Below are positions 49,230-58,892 of a stretch of DNA of 64,000 nt, one piece after another. Under the pieces are notes generated by a model. It had not been told where the DNA came from, ran no database searches, and saw only the letters and a list, made by a program, of their open reading frames with translations. The stretch covers positions 1,185 to 65,184 of the forward strand of contig JACOYJ010000026.1 of the NCBI GenBank assembly GCA_016181885.1, written 5' to 3'. The position numbers were made by a program, and so were the translations under genes. How positions within the stretch are numbered: position 1 is the stretch's first letter; the number at the start of each line of letters is the position of its first letter. Origin of the DNA: Candidatus Pacearchaeota archaeon (GTDB lineage: Archaea; Nanobdellota; Nanobdellia; Pacearchaeales; GW2011-AR1).

Positions 49230-49760
49230 ATGAAAAAAGCTATTTTTGTGGTAATTATCTTTGTTCTTAGTATTTATTCTATAGTGGCTTTATACCCGCA
49301 GCCGAAAATTACTCCAATTGGAGACGGAATAGACTTGGTATTTATTCCTCCCTGGCAAACTGCAATAAATGCGTTGTGGGATGAAATTTTCAATTTAAAA
49401 AATCAAGTAGCTAATTTATTTACAAAAACTGATGATTTGCAACAGCAAATTGATAATATTGAATTAATTCCTGGCCCACAAGGAGAGCCAGGACCAATAG
49501 GACCACAAGGGCTCCAAGGTGAAGAAGGAAAACCTGGACCAACAAGAAATTTGACAACAATTACTGCTGCGAGTGATGGTCCGGAGGTTTGTTGTCCAGA
49601 AGGTTATGTTAGAACTGGTTGTAGTAATACGGCTCTTAGTGGTGTAATAAATACTCCCTTAGGGGTTATGCCAACAGAAGATTTGTGTTGTCGTAATTCT
49701 GACGGCGTTAACCGTTATGGTTTGCGCACTTATGCAGTTTGTTTAAAATACACTGATTAA
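49230..49760 (+). CDS. secreted protein with a collagen-like Gly-X-Y repeat and a Cys-rich C-terminal domain
   Basis: N-terminal TM/signal, coiled region, GPQGEPGPIGPQGLQGEEGKPGP (7 GXY triplets), then 6 Cys. Confidence 0.55.
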   Translation: MKKAIFVVIIFVLSIYSIVALYPQPKITPIGDGIDLVFIPPWQTAINALWDEIFNLKNQVANLFTKTDDLQQQIDNIELIPGPQGEPGPIGPQGLQGEEGKPGPTRNLTTITAASDGPEVCCPEGYVRTGCSNTALSGVINTPLGVMPTEDLCCRNSDGVNRYGLRTYAVCLKYTD

Positions 49761-49854
49761 CCCCCTAAAAATTGTTTTAATATTAATTATTATTAAATTA
49801 ATTAGTGAGCGCAGCGAGCCAAATATTTAAAACCTCTTTTTTCCTTTAATCCCT

Positions 49855-50082
49855 ATGAGTTTATTGGATAATTTAGACCCTGCAAAAATTTTTGGCTTGG
49901 AAAGCCCGGAAAAACTTCCAAATAGAATAATGAATAGATTAAGGAGCGAGGGAGAATATGCGGGAATAATCAGCTCTTACAGGTATATCGGCGGAAAGAT
50001 AATAAAAGAGAATTCCCTAACAGGACGTTGTACTTTTTACGATTCAGACGGCAAAAACCCTTTTCAAGTCAATAAAACATAA
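49855..50082 (+). CDS. hypothetical small protein
   Basis: ORF only. Confidence 0.3.
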   Translation: MSLLDNLDPAKIFGLESPEKLPNRIMNRLRSEGEYAGIISSYRYIGGKIIKENSLTGRCTFYDSDGKNPFQVNKT

Positions 50083-50927
50083 ACAATGCTTGCGACAATT
50101 ATTCCTGCAGCAACGATGTTGCGCCATTCAATTTTTTCTTTCAAAAATTTCCAAGCGAAGAAATAAATGAATACAGTGCTTATCATTATCATAAGAGTTG
50201 TGAAAATAACCCCAGAGTTTACAAATCCGTAATAAATCACAAATCTGTAAATAACCCACATTAATCCAACAAACAAAATACTGGTTTTTTCTCTTCTGTT
50301 AAATGTGTTTAGGTTTGGCCTGAATGCAATTAAACTTATTGCAAGAATAAGCGCGCATCTCATAAAGTAGAATGTTATTGGAGAATAGAAATCCAAAATC
50401 AACCTAGATATAACTAACTCAAGAGCAAAGAAAAAACTCCCAAGGATTGCAGCAATAAAATACTTGTTAAAGTCAAGATGATGTTTTCTTATATGTGAAA
50501 ATATCAAGGCAAGGCTTGCAATTAAAGCAGGAATTATTACCCTTAAATCTCTCTCATAAAGCCCCTCACCAAATATAAAACTGAAAATTATCGCGAGGAT
50601 AATTACAAATAAAGATTCTGTTAGTTTTGCAGGTTCGATATGGGTGACTTTTTCCCATTTCATAGAATAATAAAGAAAAAGGTTTGCGATTATTGAAAAA
50701 ATCCCGACAATAATGAAAATGATGATATTTCTTAATTCAAGCGCCTGTGCATCGAGCCTCCAAAAGAAAAACAACAGGGGCAAAGAAACAAGAACCATTG
50801 CCGCAAATTCTGCTGTTTGATATAATTTAATTCCGACTTTTTTCTTTTTCAGCATAATTCGCTGTATGATTGTTCCTACTGCAAGAACTAATGCCCCAAC
50901 TGCAGAAATCAAAAAACCCGCTACCAT
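50064..50927 (-). CDS. EamA/DMT-family-like 10-TM transporter
   Basis: Ten hydrophobic helices in two 5-TM halves. Confidence 0.5.
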   Translation of the reverse strand: MVAGFLISAVGALVLAVGTIIQRIMLKKKKVGIKLYQTAEFAAMVLVSLPLLFFFWRLDAQALELRNIIIFIIVGIFSIIANLFLYYSMKWEKVTHIEPAKLTESLFVIILAIIFSFIFGEGLYERDLRVIIPALIASLALIFSHIRKHHLDFNKYFIAAILGSFFFALELVISRLILDFYSPITFYFMRCALILAISLIAFRPNLNTFNRREKTSILFVGLMWVIYRFVIYYGFVNSGVIFTTLMIMISTVFIYFFAWKFLKEKIEWRNIVAAGIIVASIVYVLLT

Positions 50928-50928
50928 T

Positions 50929-51186
50929 TTAAAAACCTACGGTTTTTATGCTCGAGCCCACACTCATTATTGAATTTATTTTTGACATCGTGTAAACTCT
51001 CGTCCCTCGAGCAACTTCTTTTCTGCTCGGCCATTGTGAAGTCGCTATGAATGTCTCATTTTCTCGCTTCCCAATAACCTCGTTGCCTCCGAGAGAAGTT
51101 TTATCAACCTCTTTTATTCTAAGATTAAAGACATAATGGTTTAAAATTATTTGTCTAACACCCACCCAGCTAAAATTTGCGCTCAA
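50929..51186 (-). CDS. hypothetical small protein
   Basis: ORF only. Confidence 0.3.
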   Translation of the reverse strand: MSANFSWVGVRQIILNHYVFNLRIKEVDKTSLGGNEVIGKRENETFIATSQWPSRKEVARGTRVYTMSKINSIMSVGSSIKTVGF

Positions 51187-51192
51187 CTTAAG

Positions 51193-51372
51193 TTTCGCGA
51201 TATTTAATTAATGATGCTCTAAACCCGCTTTTGGTTGAATTATTTGTTTTTATATTAATCTCAAAAAGTAAAAAATAACTTTCACGCTAACCTGTTTTTA
51301 TCGATGAAGAAATTAGACGAAGTCAATTTCTGAACGCATTAATATGCGAGCGAAACAAAGTGGAGCGAGCGC
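51193..51372 (+). repeat. repeat family 2, copy 2, beside tRNA-Gly
   Basis: Shares ordered blocks with 33008-33133 and ends in the GC-rich gcgagcgaa...ggagcgagcgc motif. Confidence 0.6.
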
Positions 51373-51397
51373 TTAAGTTATTAACATTCCCCACTCA

Positions 51398-51469
51398 TGC
51401 GCAAGCCGGGAATTGAACCCGGGCCACCTCGTTGGCAACGAGGCGTACTGCCACTATACGACTAGCGCT
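51398..51469 (-). tRNA. tRNA-Gly(GCC), intron-less
   Basis: Reverse complement reads GCGCTAG-TC-GTAT-AGTGGCAG-TAC-G-CCTCG-TTGCCAA-CGAGG-TGGC-CCGGG-TTCAATT-CCCGG-CTTGCGC-A. Anticodon GCC. One U-U mismatch in the acceptor stem. Confidence 0.7.
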
Positions 51470-51528
51470 TAATTTTTTAGAGAAAACTTAATATTTAAGT
51501 ATTGCTATTAACAAAAAAAGGGCTGATT

Positions 51529-51747
51529 TCATCTATTATCAGCATCAGCTAAATCAAATCCTCTTTCTTCAAGATATTTGATAATTCTATAATGTTTTCT
51601 ATAATATGAGTTGCCATGACAAAGACTTACTGCATTTTTGTCGTCAGAAAAATTTGCAGCAACATGTTCCTGGTTACTCCAAACATAAAATAGTTGGGCA
51701 AATTTTTCACCGAAAGGATTAGTTCTAGTTCTTAACAGATAATTCAT
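51529..51747 (-). CDS. hypothetical small protein
   Basis: ORF only. Confidence 0.3.
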   Translation of the reverse strand: MNYLLRTRTNPFGEKFAQLFYVWSNQEHVAANFSDDKNAVSLCHGNSYYRKHYRIIKYLEERGFDLADADNR

Positions 51748-51849
51748 ATCTTTATGAAGCCCTTCCCCAATTCAATAACCCTAACTGCTTCATATCTACT
51801 AATTTTCTTTTATGATTTAATTTTCCTTTCATAATCATTTTTTGCTCAC

Positions 51850-52095
51850 TCAATTTGATGAATAATCTAATAACTTTAAGCCCAATTCTCTTCCTGGTGT
51901 TAAGAAAAAATAGCCAACTTCCTCCAATACATACTTTGATTTGATTATTTCACGAACTTCTTGTTTTGTATGATGACTCGCATAGCATTTATATTCCCTA
52001 GTTTCAAGAAATTCAATGGCATTTAGCATCATTAAAGTAGCCACTAAACTTGGAGCTACAACTTTCCCATACCAATCCTTAGTGTCCTTATCCAT
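51850..52095 (-). CDS. hypothetical small protein
   Basis: ORF only. Confidence 0.3.
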   Translation of the reverse strand: MDKDTKDWYGKVVAPSLVATLMMLNAIEFLETREYKCYASHHTKQEVREIIKSKYVLEEVGYFFLTPGRELGLKLLDYSSN

Positions 52096-52261
52096 TTTAA
52101 TCCAACTTCAAACAAATCAACCCTTTTTAAAGATTGTTCCTTTGCTTTGTCCGAAGTTAGCATATCTTAAGAGTTGATTTACCTTTTTAAGTCTTAAAAC
52201 AACTAAATTATTTTTTAAAAAGACCATTCCGGACAGAGCATGTTCCTTAGAATAAGATAAT

Positions 52262-53116
52262 TCAAACAACCTTCGTCCTGGTTACCTTTCCGACGTTAAT
52301 TCCTTTCTTTATGGTGAAAGCGTGCATATCCCTTGAATGATTAACTCCCCGCATTTTCAAAACCTCAACAAACCTCTGCCTTTCTGACTTTACCTCAATA
52401 TAATAAAGCAGGGTTATGCTGTCTGCCTCAAACTCCGACGGAGAAATCCCCCTATCTTTTCTTCCTGATGGATTGTGCTGGACTGTAAGCAGGCTTGTAA
52501 CATTCCAATTCCTGATAATGTCAAACAGCCCGAGAATTCCCTGCCTTTTTGAAAGCTCATCTTCAAACATAAGTGAAAAACTGGTGAGGCTGTCTAAAAC
52601 AAGCCTTGAGATATTGTACTTAAGAACCATGCTTTCAATTGTTCCTCCGCCTTCGTCCAGCATCATTTTGACTTTTTCCGGAGTGTATTCAAGGAAAAAG
52701 AATTTTCCTGATTTTTCAGCAGCGTCCAGATCCCAGCCGAACTTTTTCATATTTGCATAAAAGTCCTCTTTTTTCTCCTCAAACGTAACATACAAAACAT
52801 GCTCGCCTCTTCTAACCCCCTCAAGAAGATACTGCAGGGCGAAAATTGTTTTTCCGCTTCCGCTTCCGCCGGCAATCAAGTTTATTGACTCTGTTTCAAA
52901 CCCGCCGACAGTCATTTTGTCGAAGCCCCTTATCCCTGTCGGAGATTTTACGGGCTTTTTCTTAATAGGCTGTTTCTTTATTGTTTTTTCTTTTTTATGA
53001 TGTTTTGCAAGTCTTGGCAGTTTTTTAATCATCTTTAATTTTCGGCTGACTTGCATTCTATTTTTTTTAGAGGGCCTGCTTCTCTGTTTTTTCACTTTCT
53101 TTTTTTTCTTTACCAT
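52262..53116 (-). CDS. KaiC/RecA-superfamily ATPase (FlaH-like) with a Lys/Arg-rich ~60-aa N-terminal extension
   Basis: GIRGFDKMTVGGFETESINLIAGGSGSGKT Walker A in the KaiC-like context; the N-terminus is about 50% K/R. Confidence 0.7.
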   Translation of the reverse strand: MVKKKKKVKKQRSRPSKKNRMQVSRKLKMIKKLPRLAKHHKKEKTIKKQPIKKKPVKSPTGIRGFDKMTVGGFETESINLIAGGSGSGKTIFALQYLLEGVRRGEHVLYVTFEEKKEDFYANMKKFGWDLDAAEKSGKFFFLEYTPEKVKMMLDEGGGTIESMVLKYNISRLVLDSLTSFSLMFEDELSKRQGILGLFDIIRNWNVTSLLTVQHNPSGRKDRGISPSEFEADSITLLYYIEVKSERQRFVEVLKMRGVNHSRDMHAFTIKKGINVGKVTRTKVV

Positions 53117-53150
53117 GTTATTCTAAGGTTAAGCTTTCTTTTAAAGTTTA

Positions 53151-54146
53151 TTATATGAATGAAATGCTCTCAAGCAACAGCCCGGAAATTACGCCCTTTA
53201 TTATAAAGAACAAAGTGTAGCTTATTGCGAGCAGCGGGATAAAGAATTTTATCCCTTCTTTTGCCTCACCCTTATTTACAAGCCCGATTACGAAGCAGGA
53301 AATAAAATCAGTTACGGCTATGAATATCAATGAAAAGTAAATCACGAAGTTTAGGGATATTGAAACTCTGCTGAAAGCCAAAGGAAGCGATGATGTAGCA
53401 GCGGTTGTTGTTTCCGGCAGGTTTGCCGAGAGCCCCAGGACTATCTCAACAAGGACAGAGCTGAGGGCGAAAAGAACAGGTGCGCCTACGCCAACTGCAA
53501 AGAATATAAAAATTACATACATCAAAATTGTCGACCTTGATTTTTTTTCTATTATTTCTTTCTCTTTCATGTTTGAAGAAGTCTGCTCAAGCAAGTCAGA
53601 GATGTTCCCGCCGGCTTTCAATCCAGAAATTATGAGCATTATGACTTTTGATATTTTTTCAGAGTCTATCCTCTCGGCCATTTTCTTGAATGCAAAAATT
53701 ATATCCTGGCCTGTTGTTATTTCTTTTCCGGTTTTTAGAATTTCTTTATCCAAGGGGTCAAATTCCGGGCGGGCTGACAGCAAGAATGCGCGGTCTATAG
53801 TTATTCCTGACCTTAGATTGCTGGCCATAAGGGAGATTACATCCGGAAATAAAGACTCCATTTTTTTTATTCTTTCGTTTGCCTTCAAGCTTATTTTAAA
53901 ATAAAAGAAAGTGTAAAGTATGGCAAATACAAGAAGAAACAATAAGAAGCTCTTTTTTGTTATAATCAATATCGACAGTGAAAGCGTTGCGAATATCGTG
54001 CATATAAAAAATATTTTATTGTGGTAGTCTTCCGGCGAAGTGGATATTCCTGCATTTTTTATGTTCTTTGCATAATCGTCCCTGAATCTTCTTGGATAGA
54101 ATTTTAGCGTGTTCATTAAAAACCTACGATTTTTAGAATCCCTCAA
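53151..54146 (-). CDS. FlaJ/TadC-family pilus assembly membrane protein
   Basis: T2SS-F-like domain with 3-4 TM helices and a cytoplasmic domain; operon with FlaI. Confidence 0.6.
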   Translation of the reverse strand: MRDSKNRRFLMNTLKFYPRRFRDDYAKNIKNAGISTSPEDYHNKIFFICTIFATLSLSILIITKKSFLLFLLVFAILYTFFYFKISLKANERIKKMESLFPDVISLMASNLRSGITIDRAFLLSARPEFDPLDKEILKTGKEITTGQDIIFAFKKMAERIDSEKISKVIMLIISGLKAGGNISDLLEQTSSNMKEKEIIEKKSRSTILMYVIFIFFAVGVGAPVLFALSSVLVEIVLGLSANLPETTTAATSSLPLAFSRVSISLNFVIYFSLIFIAVTDFISCFVIGLVNKGEAKEGIKFFIPLLAISYTLFFIIKGVISGLLLESISFI

Positions 54147-55074
54147 GCGATTTTCTTTTTATTACTCGATGAAAATCTTTATCCCGTAAAAACCTACGGT
54201 TTTTATAATCTATTAATCCCAAGAACATTACCTGCATAAATACAACCACAACAAAAACTAAGACAAAAATGAGCTTCAAAATAATCTCGTTCACGTTTAA
54301 TAAAGATGAGATAATTATCAGGAAAGTTATTCCAAGGGAAGGAAGGACAACAGCGATAAGCATATAAAACATGATTAAGGGGTTCAGCTTGCTTCCGTAG
54401 CTTTGAATCTGAATTGTCTGCTCCTCGCTTAAGTTTTTTATCCCCTCTCTGATTACTATGGCCATATCGCTTCCTGACCTCATTCCATTGCTGAGCTGCC
54501 ACAAGACCCTTCTGAAATACTCAGATGTATTCAACTTAGCATATTTTTCAATAGCCTCAATCTGAGAAATGCCGGAGTTCATCTCCTTGGTTATCTTCTT
54601 GAATTCTGCGCTCACTTCGCCGTAATCCGACGTTGCTATATTAGCCAAGATTTCATAAATTGAGACGCCGGAATTTAGCTGAACCATCATGTCTTGAAGC
54701 ACCGGAATCAAATTTTTCTCAATATTCCTTTTCTTGTTCAAAACAAATATTCTTGGGTAATTTCTCTGGTTGAAATATATAAAGAACGAAACAGCTATTG
54801 CTGTGCCTATGCCGAATGTAAAAAAATTGCTAATTTTAAAAATCCCCAAAATAGAAGTTAAAATCACTGAAAAAATCAGTATGTTAAATAAAAATCTCCG
54901 ATAGCATACTGCAAGATACTGCCTGGCAGTCATGTCCACCCCTATTCCCTGCAGATATTCGCTAAGCTTTAGCTTTCTATGGCCTGTCAGCCTCTCAAAT
55001 CTTTTTGCTTTTCTTTTCAGCGCCTCTACATTAGAAATAGTGAACGGTATCTTAAATTCCATATCATTCCTCAT
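54133..55074 (-). CDS. FlaJ/TadB-family pilus assembly membrane protein (second paralog)
   Basis: Same architecture as the upstream gene; 14-nt overlap. Confidence 0.6.
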   Translation of the reverse strand: MRNDMEFKIPFTISNVEALKRKAKRFERLTGHRKLKLSEYLQGIGVDMTARQYLAVCYRRFLFNILIFSVILTSILGIFKISNFFTFGIGTAIAVSFFIYFNQRNYPRIFVLNKKRNIEKNLIPVLQDMMVQLNSGVSIYEILANIATSDYGEVSAEFKKITKEMNSGISQIEAIEKYAKLNTSEYFRRVLWQLSNGMRSGSDMAIVIREGIKNLSEEQTIQIQSYGSKLNPLIMFYMLIAVVLPSLGITFLIIISSLLNVNEIILKLIFVLVFVVVVFMQVMFLGLIDYKNRRFLRDKDFHRVIKRKSLEGF

Positions 55075-56737
55075 TGCCTTTTTTATTTTCCACTATCTTG
55101 CTAATTTGATTTCTTTTTATTATCTCTTTAAGCTTTTCGGGATCCATGTAATATAAATTCATAACCCTTCCCAAAGATTCTAAATCCCTTGCTTTATTTT
55201 TTATGAGCCAGTCAAAAACACTTTTTTTATATTCCAAATTCTTTTTTATCTCAATCTCATCCATTCCGGTGTTTCTGCTTAGCTGATCGAAAAACGAGTA
55301 GCTTTTATTGTGCGGAACGAACTCGTCTTTTTCAGGAACCCATCGGTAGATTAAGTTTGCCATCAGATTTTCCTTTCCCGGCATGAACTCGGCAAGCTGA
55401 AGAACTCGCCTGAACCCTTTTTTTCTATCTCTGAACATAACAACATTTAGATTGACGCTTCCAAGCATCGACGGGGGGACACTTATCGGCGGATTTATCA
55501 TTCTTCTTATTGTTTCGTTGGCTGTATCTGCGTGGACAGTTGCGTAAACTGAGTGACCTGTATGCATGGCCTCAAATAAAACCTCTGCTTCTCTCTGCCT
55601 TCTGATTTCTCCCAAAATAATTCTGTCAGGCCTCATCCTAAGCGAGTTGACTAATAAGTCAAGCATCGAGACTTCCCCCTTTCCCTCGGGATTTGGGGTT
55701 CTTGTTACAAGCGGGCACCAGTACAAAAATCTTGGGAGCATTAATTCTCGAGTGTCTTCCATGCTGATAATCCTATGGTTTGGCGGAATAAATGGCATGC
55801 ACGCATTAAGAAAAACTGTTTTTCCCGAAGCTGTTCCGCCGGAAAAAAGCACATTCATCTCATACTCTATGGCCAGCCATAAAATTGCGGCAATGTCATT
55901 GCTTACTGTTCGGTTTTCCATTAAATCAATAATTGTCCATGGATCTCTCGCAAATTTTCTTATTGTGATTGTGTTTCCTCTTGTGGAAATTGGATAAAGA
56001 ACAGCATTAGCCCTGTCTCCTGTAACAACATGAGCGTCAAGCAGGGGATTTAGGACGCTTATCTGCCTCCCGACCCTTCTTGCAATAATATTTGCATAGT
56101 TTGTTATTTCATCTTCGGATTTCAGCTCAAGATTTGTTTTAATCCATCCATGCCTTTTGTGATAAACTCTTATTTCTTTGCTGTTAACGACAACAATCTC
56201 CTCCAAATTAGGGTCGTTTATCAGAAATTCAATTTTTCCAAGACCAAGCATTTCCTGCATTAAAATACCGACTAAAAAATCTTCAGTTTCTTTTTTTATT
56301 CCAGGAACTTTCTGCTGAATAAGGTTGGCTCCGACGCCGATGGTTGAAACGCTGATTAAATCCTTCCTAATGTTATCAAGAAGGGCCTTTGTTCCTGTTT
56401 TAATCTCTTGCAGATAAAGGACATAAATTTTTCCGTCTTCGGTTTTTTCAATGCTTATATCAACTTTTGCCTTGTCTATTATCAAGGGATATTTTTCTAC
56501 AACCTCTCCTCCAATTTCCTTTATCGAGCTCTCAAGAAAAACCGGCTTTTTTGACTCTTCAATCTCCCTATTTTCCTTTGCTGTTTCATATGCATTAATT
56601 ATTTTTTCAACATGCGCCTCGTTGAAATTCCTGCTTTTAAGAAAATCCCTTATCTTTTTTGGAGTGTATTTCTTTTTTATAGCATCGTGAACCCACTCTT
56701 CCACTTTATCTATCTTCTTCTTTTTTTCAAAAATCAT
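55064..56737 (-). CDS. FlaI/TadA-type type II/IV secretion-system ATPase
   Basis: Walker A FSGGTASGKT, Asp box, Walker B, His box (HTGHSVYATVHADTA). Confidence 0.85.
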   Translation of the reverse strand: MIFEKKKKIDKVEEWVHDAIKKKYTPKKIRDFLKSRNFNEAHVEKIINAYETAKENREIEESKKPVFLESSIKEIGGEVVEKYPLIIDKAKVDISIEKTEDGKIYVLYLQEIKTGTKALLDNIRKDLISVSTIGVGANLIQQKVPGIKKETEDFLVGILMQEMLGLGKIEFLINDPNLEEIVVVNSKEIRVYHKRHGWIKTNLELKSEDEITNYANIIARRVGRQISVLNPLLDAHVVTGDRANAVLYPISTRGNTITIRKFARDPWTIIDLMENRTVSNDIAAILWLAIEYEMNVLFSGGTASGKTVFLNACMPFIPPNHRIISMEDTRELMLPRFLYWCPLVTRTPNPEGKGEVSMLDLLVNSLRMRPDRIILGEIRRQREAEVLFEAMHTGHSVYATVHADTANETIRRMINPPISVPPSMLGSVNLNVVMFRDRKKGFRRVLQLAEFMPGKENLMANLIYRWVPEKDEFVPHNKSYSFFDQLSRNTGMDEIEIKKNLEYKKSVFDWLIKNKARDLESLGRVMNLYYMDPEKLKEIIKRNQISKIVENKKGNEE

Positions 56738-56738
56738 T

Positions 56739-57248
56739 TTAGTTCTTTTCCTTTATTTTTTGCTTGTCAAAACCCTTAAGAGTTATTTCTGGGTCGCTGA
56801 ATGCGGGATATTCTATTGAAACTAGGTCATCCTCCTCAAGTATTTTAGCCCATTCAAGCGCTTTTTCCTTGGGGATGCTGAATGTTTTTGCTATCGCTTC
56901 TAAATGGAGGAAGCCGTTCTCTTCCAGAATTTTGTAAAGAGAATCCATGGGGGTTTCTGATTTTCCCTCTGAAATCTTTATTTTTTTTGTTTGAATCAAA
57001 GCCTCCTCGTTTTTCCTGCCTTTTAGAAATCTGGCATAAGCAAAAATAACTATTGAAAGAAGAATAATCCACTGGCCAATGAAAGCAATTAAAGACAGAT
57101 TAATTCCAAAAGACTGCTTGTCCAAGCCCTTTATGAAAAATCCAGAAACAACCCCGCCAGTTTCGTTGTTGTTAAAGTAAAAAAGCAAATCAATTCCAAA
57201 TATTGCGATTAAAATTACTCCTAATATTAACAGCCTCTTTTTTCCCAT
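56739..57248 (-). CDS. membrane protein with N-terminal TM helices and a C-terminal winged-helix-like cytoplasmic domain; first gene of the pilus-ATPase operon
   Basis: Two TM helices. C-terminal LEAIAKTFSIPKEKALEWAKILEEDDLVSIEY resembles a wH. Confidence 0.4.
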   Translation of the reverse strand: MGKKRLLILGVILIAIFGIDLLFYFNNNETGGVVSGFFIKGLDKQSFGINLSLIAFIGQWIILLSIVIFAYARFLKGRKNEEALIQTKKIKISEGKSETPMDSLYKILEENGFLHLEAIAKTFSIPKEKALEWAKILEEDDLVSIEYPAFSDPEITLKGFDKQKIKEKN

Positions 57249-57324
57249 GCTATTTGTAAAAGCATTTATATAGTTATTTCATTTTTAAATAGCGAAGTAA
57301 TTATATAAACCTTACTAAATTAAA

Positions 57325-57756
57325 ATGGGTGGGAGGAATTTTTCTAGGAAGTCGCAAATTGGCGTCGAGTATATGATTGTTGTAGGGTTTGTCACGTTTG
57401 CGATTCTTTCTGTGTTGACGCTCGCTTATTTTTATTCTGACCAGATAAAGGAAAGCATAAGGCTGAACCAAATTGAGAGTTTTGCAACGCAATTAGTCAG
57501 GTCTGCTGAAGGCGTTTTTTTTTCTGGCGAGCCTTCAAGAACAACAGTGAGATTGTATCTTCCTGACGGAGTTGAATCGATTCAGATTGTATCTGATGCT
57601 GTAATAATCACCACAAACACTGGAAAAGGAAACAAAAATATAAGGGTTTTTGAAAGCAAGGTTCTCATGCAGCCCGGAAGCATAACGCCTTCTGAAGGAA
57701 TAAAAAAACTGACGCTTACAGCGCTTGCCGGAGAAGTTTCGATAATACAGGGTTAG
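57325..57756 (+). CDS. pilin-like protein with class III (type IV prepilin-like) signal peptide
   Basis: MGGRNFSRKSQIGVEYMIVVGFVTFAILSVL: basic N-terminus, Flp-like QIGVEY motif, hydrophobic helix. Confidence 0.5.
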   Translation: MGGRNFSRKSQIGVEYMIVVGFVTFAILSVLTLAYFYSDQIKESIRLNQIESFATQLVRSAEGVFFSGEPSRTTVRLYLPDGVESIQIVSDAVIITTNTGKGNKNIRVFESKVLMQPGSITPSEGIKKLTLTALAGEVSIIQG

Positions 57757-57915
57757 GATTGTAATATATTTCATCATAATTTGTTGTTTTAGAAGTAAGT
57801 TACATCACTTTTAATCTCATATCTAATTATTAAAACTAACAGAACAAACATAGCCACAGCTTCTACACGACATAATTTTATAAACATTTATATAACAAAA
57901 GATAATATTCTTTAT

Positions 57916-58293
57916 ATGAATCAAGCAGTTTTATTCATAATTGCACTTTTAATTCCATTTATTTATTATAGAAGCCTTTATTACATTTATAGAACTTATT
58001 TTAAGGAATCAAAGCTAAGAGCAAGCTCTGGGTTACAGATACATCATTTGCATTATGGAGCCATTATCCTTATTATTACCGCCTTTATCCTGATTTTTTA
58101 TGGCAAGAATAACTATGTCTTGGCTTTATTTGGATTAGGTTTAGGATTAGTTTTAGATGAGTTTGTTCCTGCACTTTTAATGCCTGGAAATAGAAAAATA
58201 GAGTTAGCAGCTTATGAAAAAGGATTTATTCCAACACTAATAATATTTTTATTAATTACATTAACTATGTTTTTTGTTTACTTTGTTTTCTAA
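57916..58293 (+). CDS. integral membrane protein (4 TM)
   Basis: Hydrophobicity only. Confidence 0.4.
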   Translation: MNQAVLFIIALLIPFIYYRSLYYIYRTYFKESKLRASSGLQIHHLHYGAIILIITAFILIFYGKNNYVLALFGLGLGLVLDEFVPALLMPGNRKIELAAYEKGFIPTLIIFLLITLTMFFVYFVF

Positions 58294-58892
58294 GGACAAA
58301 TTTCTTTTTCAGGCACTTCTAAAGTGTTAAAGAAGCAGTCAAGCTCTAAATCTTGACCTTGAAGAGATGCTGTTCCTTGCACAACCCGGAACTCGCCGGG
58401 AGGGAGAGAAAATTCTTCAACTTTTGAGTTTATCTGTCTAAATTCCTGTGATTTTTCTATAAACTTTATTTCTGTTTTGAAATTTCCTGCGGTTTCATCG
58501 TCAAGGTTATGTATTTCAGCTGAACAACTTATTTGCTGCTCCAAGCAATTCCCGCCTGATTCTTGAAGGCAGATTATGTTTTTTACAATTTTCTGAATTG
58601 AATAAGAAATTTGCTGTGTCGGGCAAGAAGAGCCTTCCGAAGAATATTCTCCGCCTCCAGAATCCCTCCCGCTTCCTCCAAAACCGCCAATGGCTAAAGT
58701 AGATTCGTCAATAGGCTCATCATTCTCATTGAAAACATCTTGACCAGCATCTTGATTTTCTTCTTCTGATAAACTTCCAATAGACTTTCCAACATTTTTA
58801 TTAGAGTCATCCTTTACAAAAAGAAAATAAGTGAGTATAATAACAAACACAACCATTATTGCAACTACGAATTTTTTGTTTATGTTAGCCAT
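58290..58892 (-). CDS. secreted protein: N-terminal TM, acidic/Gly-Ser-rich linker, conserved Cys-containing C-terminal domain (paralog of the next gene)
   Basis: Shared motif C..QQISYSIQ.I.KN..CL....C......CSAE.HNLD with the 58893-59540 product. Confidence 0.45.
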   Translation of the reverse strand: MANINKKFVVAIMVVFVIILTYFLFVKDDSNKNVGKSIGSLSEEENQDAGQDVFNENDEPIDESTLAIGGFGGSGRDSGGGEYSSEGSSCPTQQISYSIQKIVKNIICLQESGGNCLEQQISCSAEIHNLDDETAGNFKTEIKFIEKSQEFRQINSKVEEFSLPPGEFRVVQGTASLQGQDLELDCFFNTLEVPEKEICP

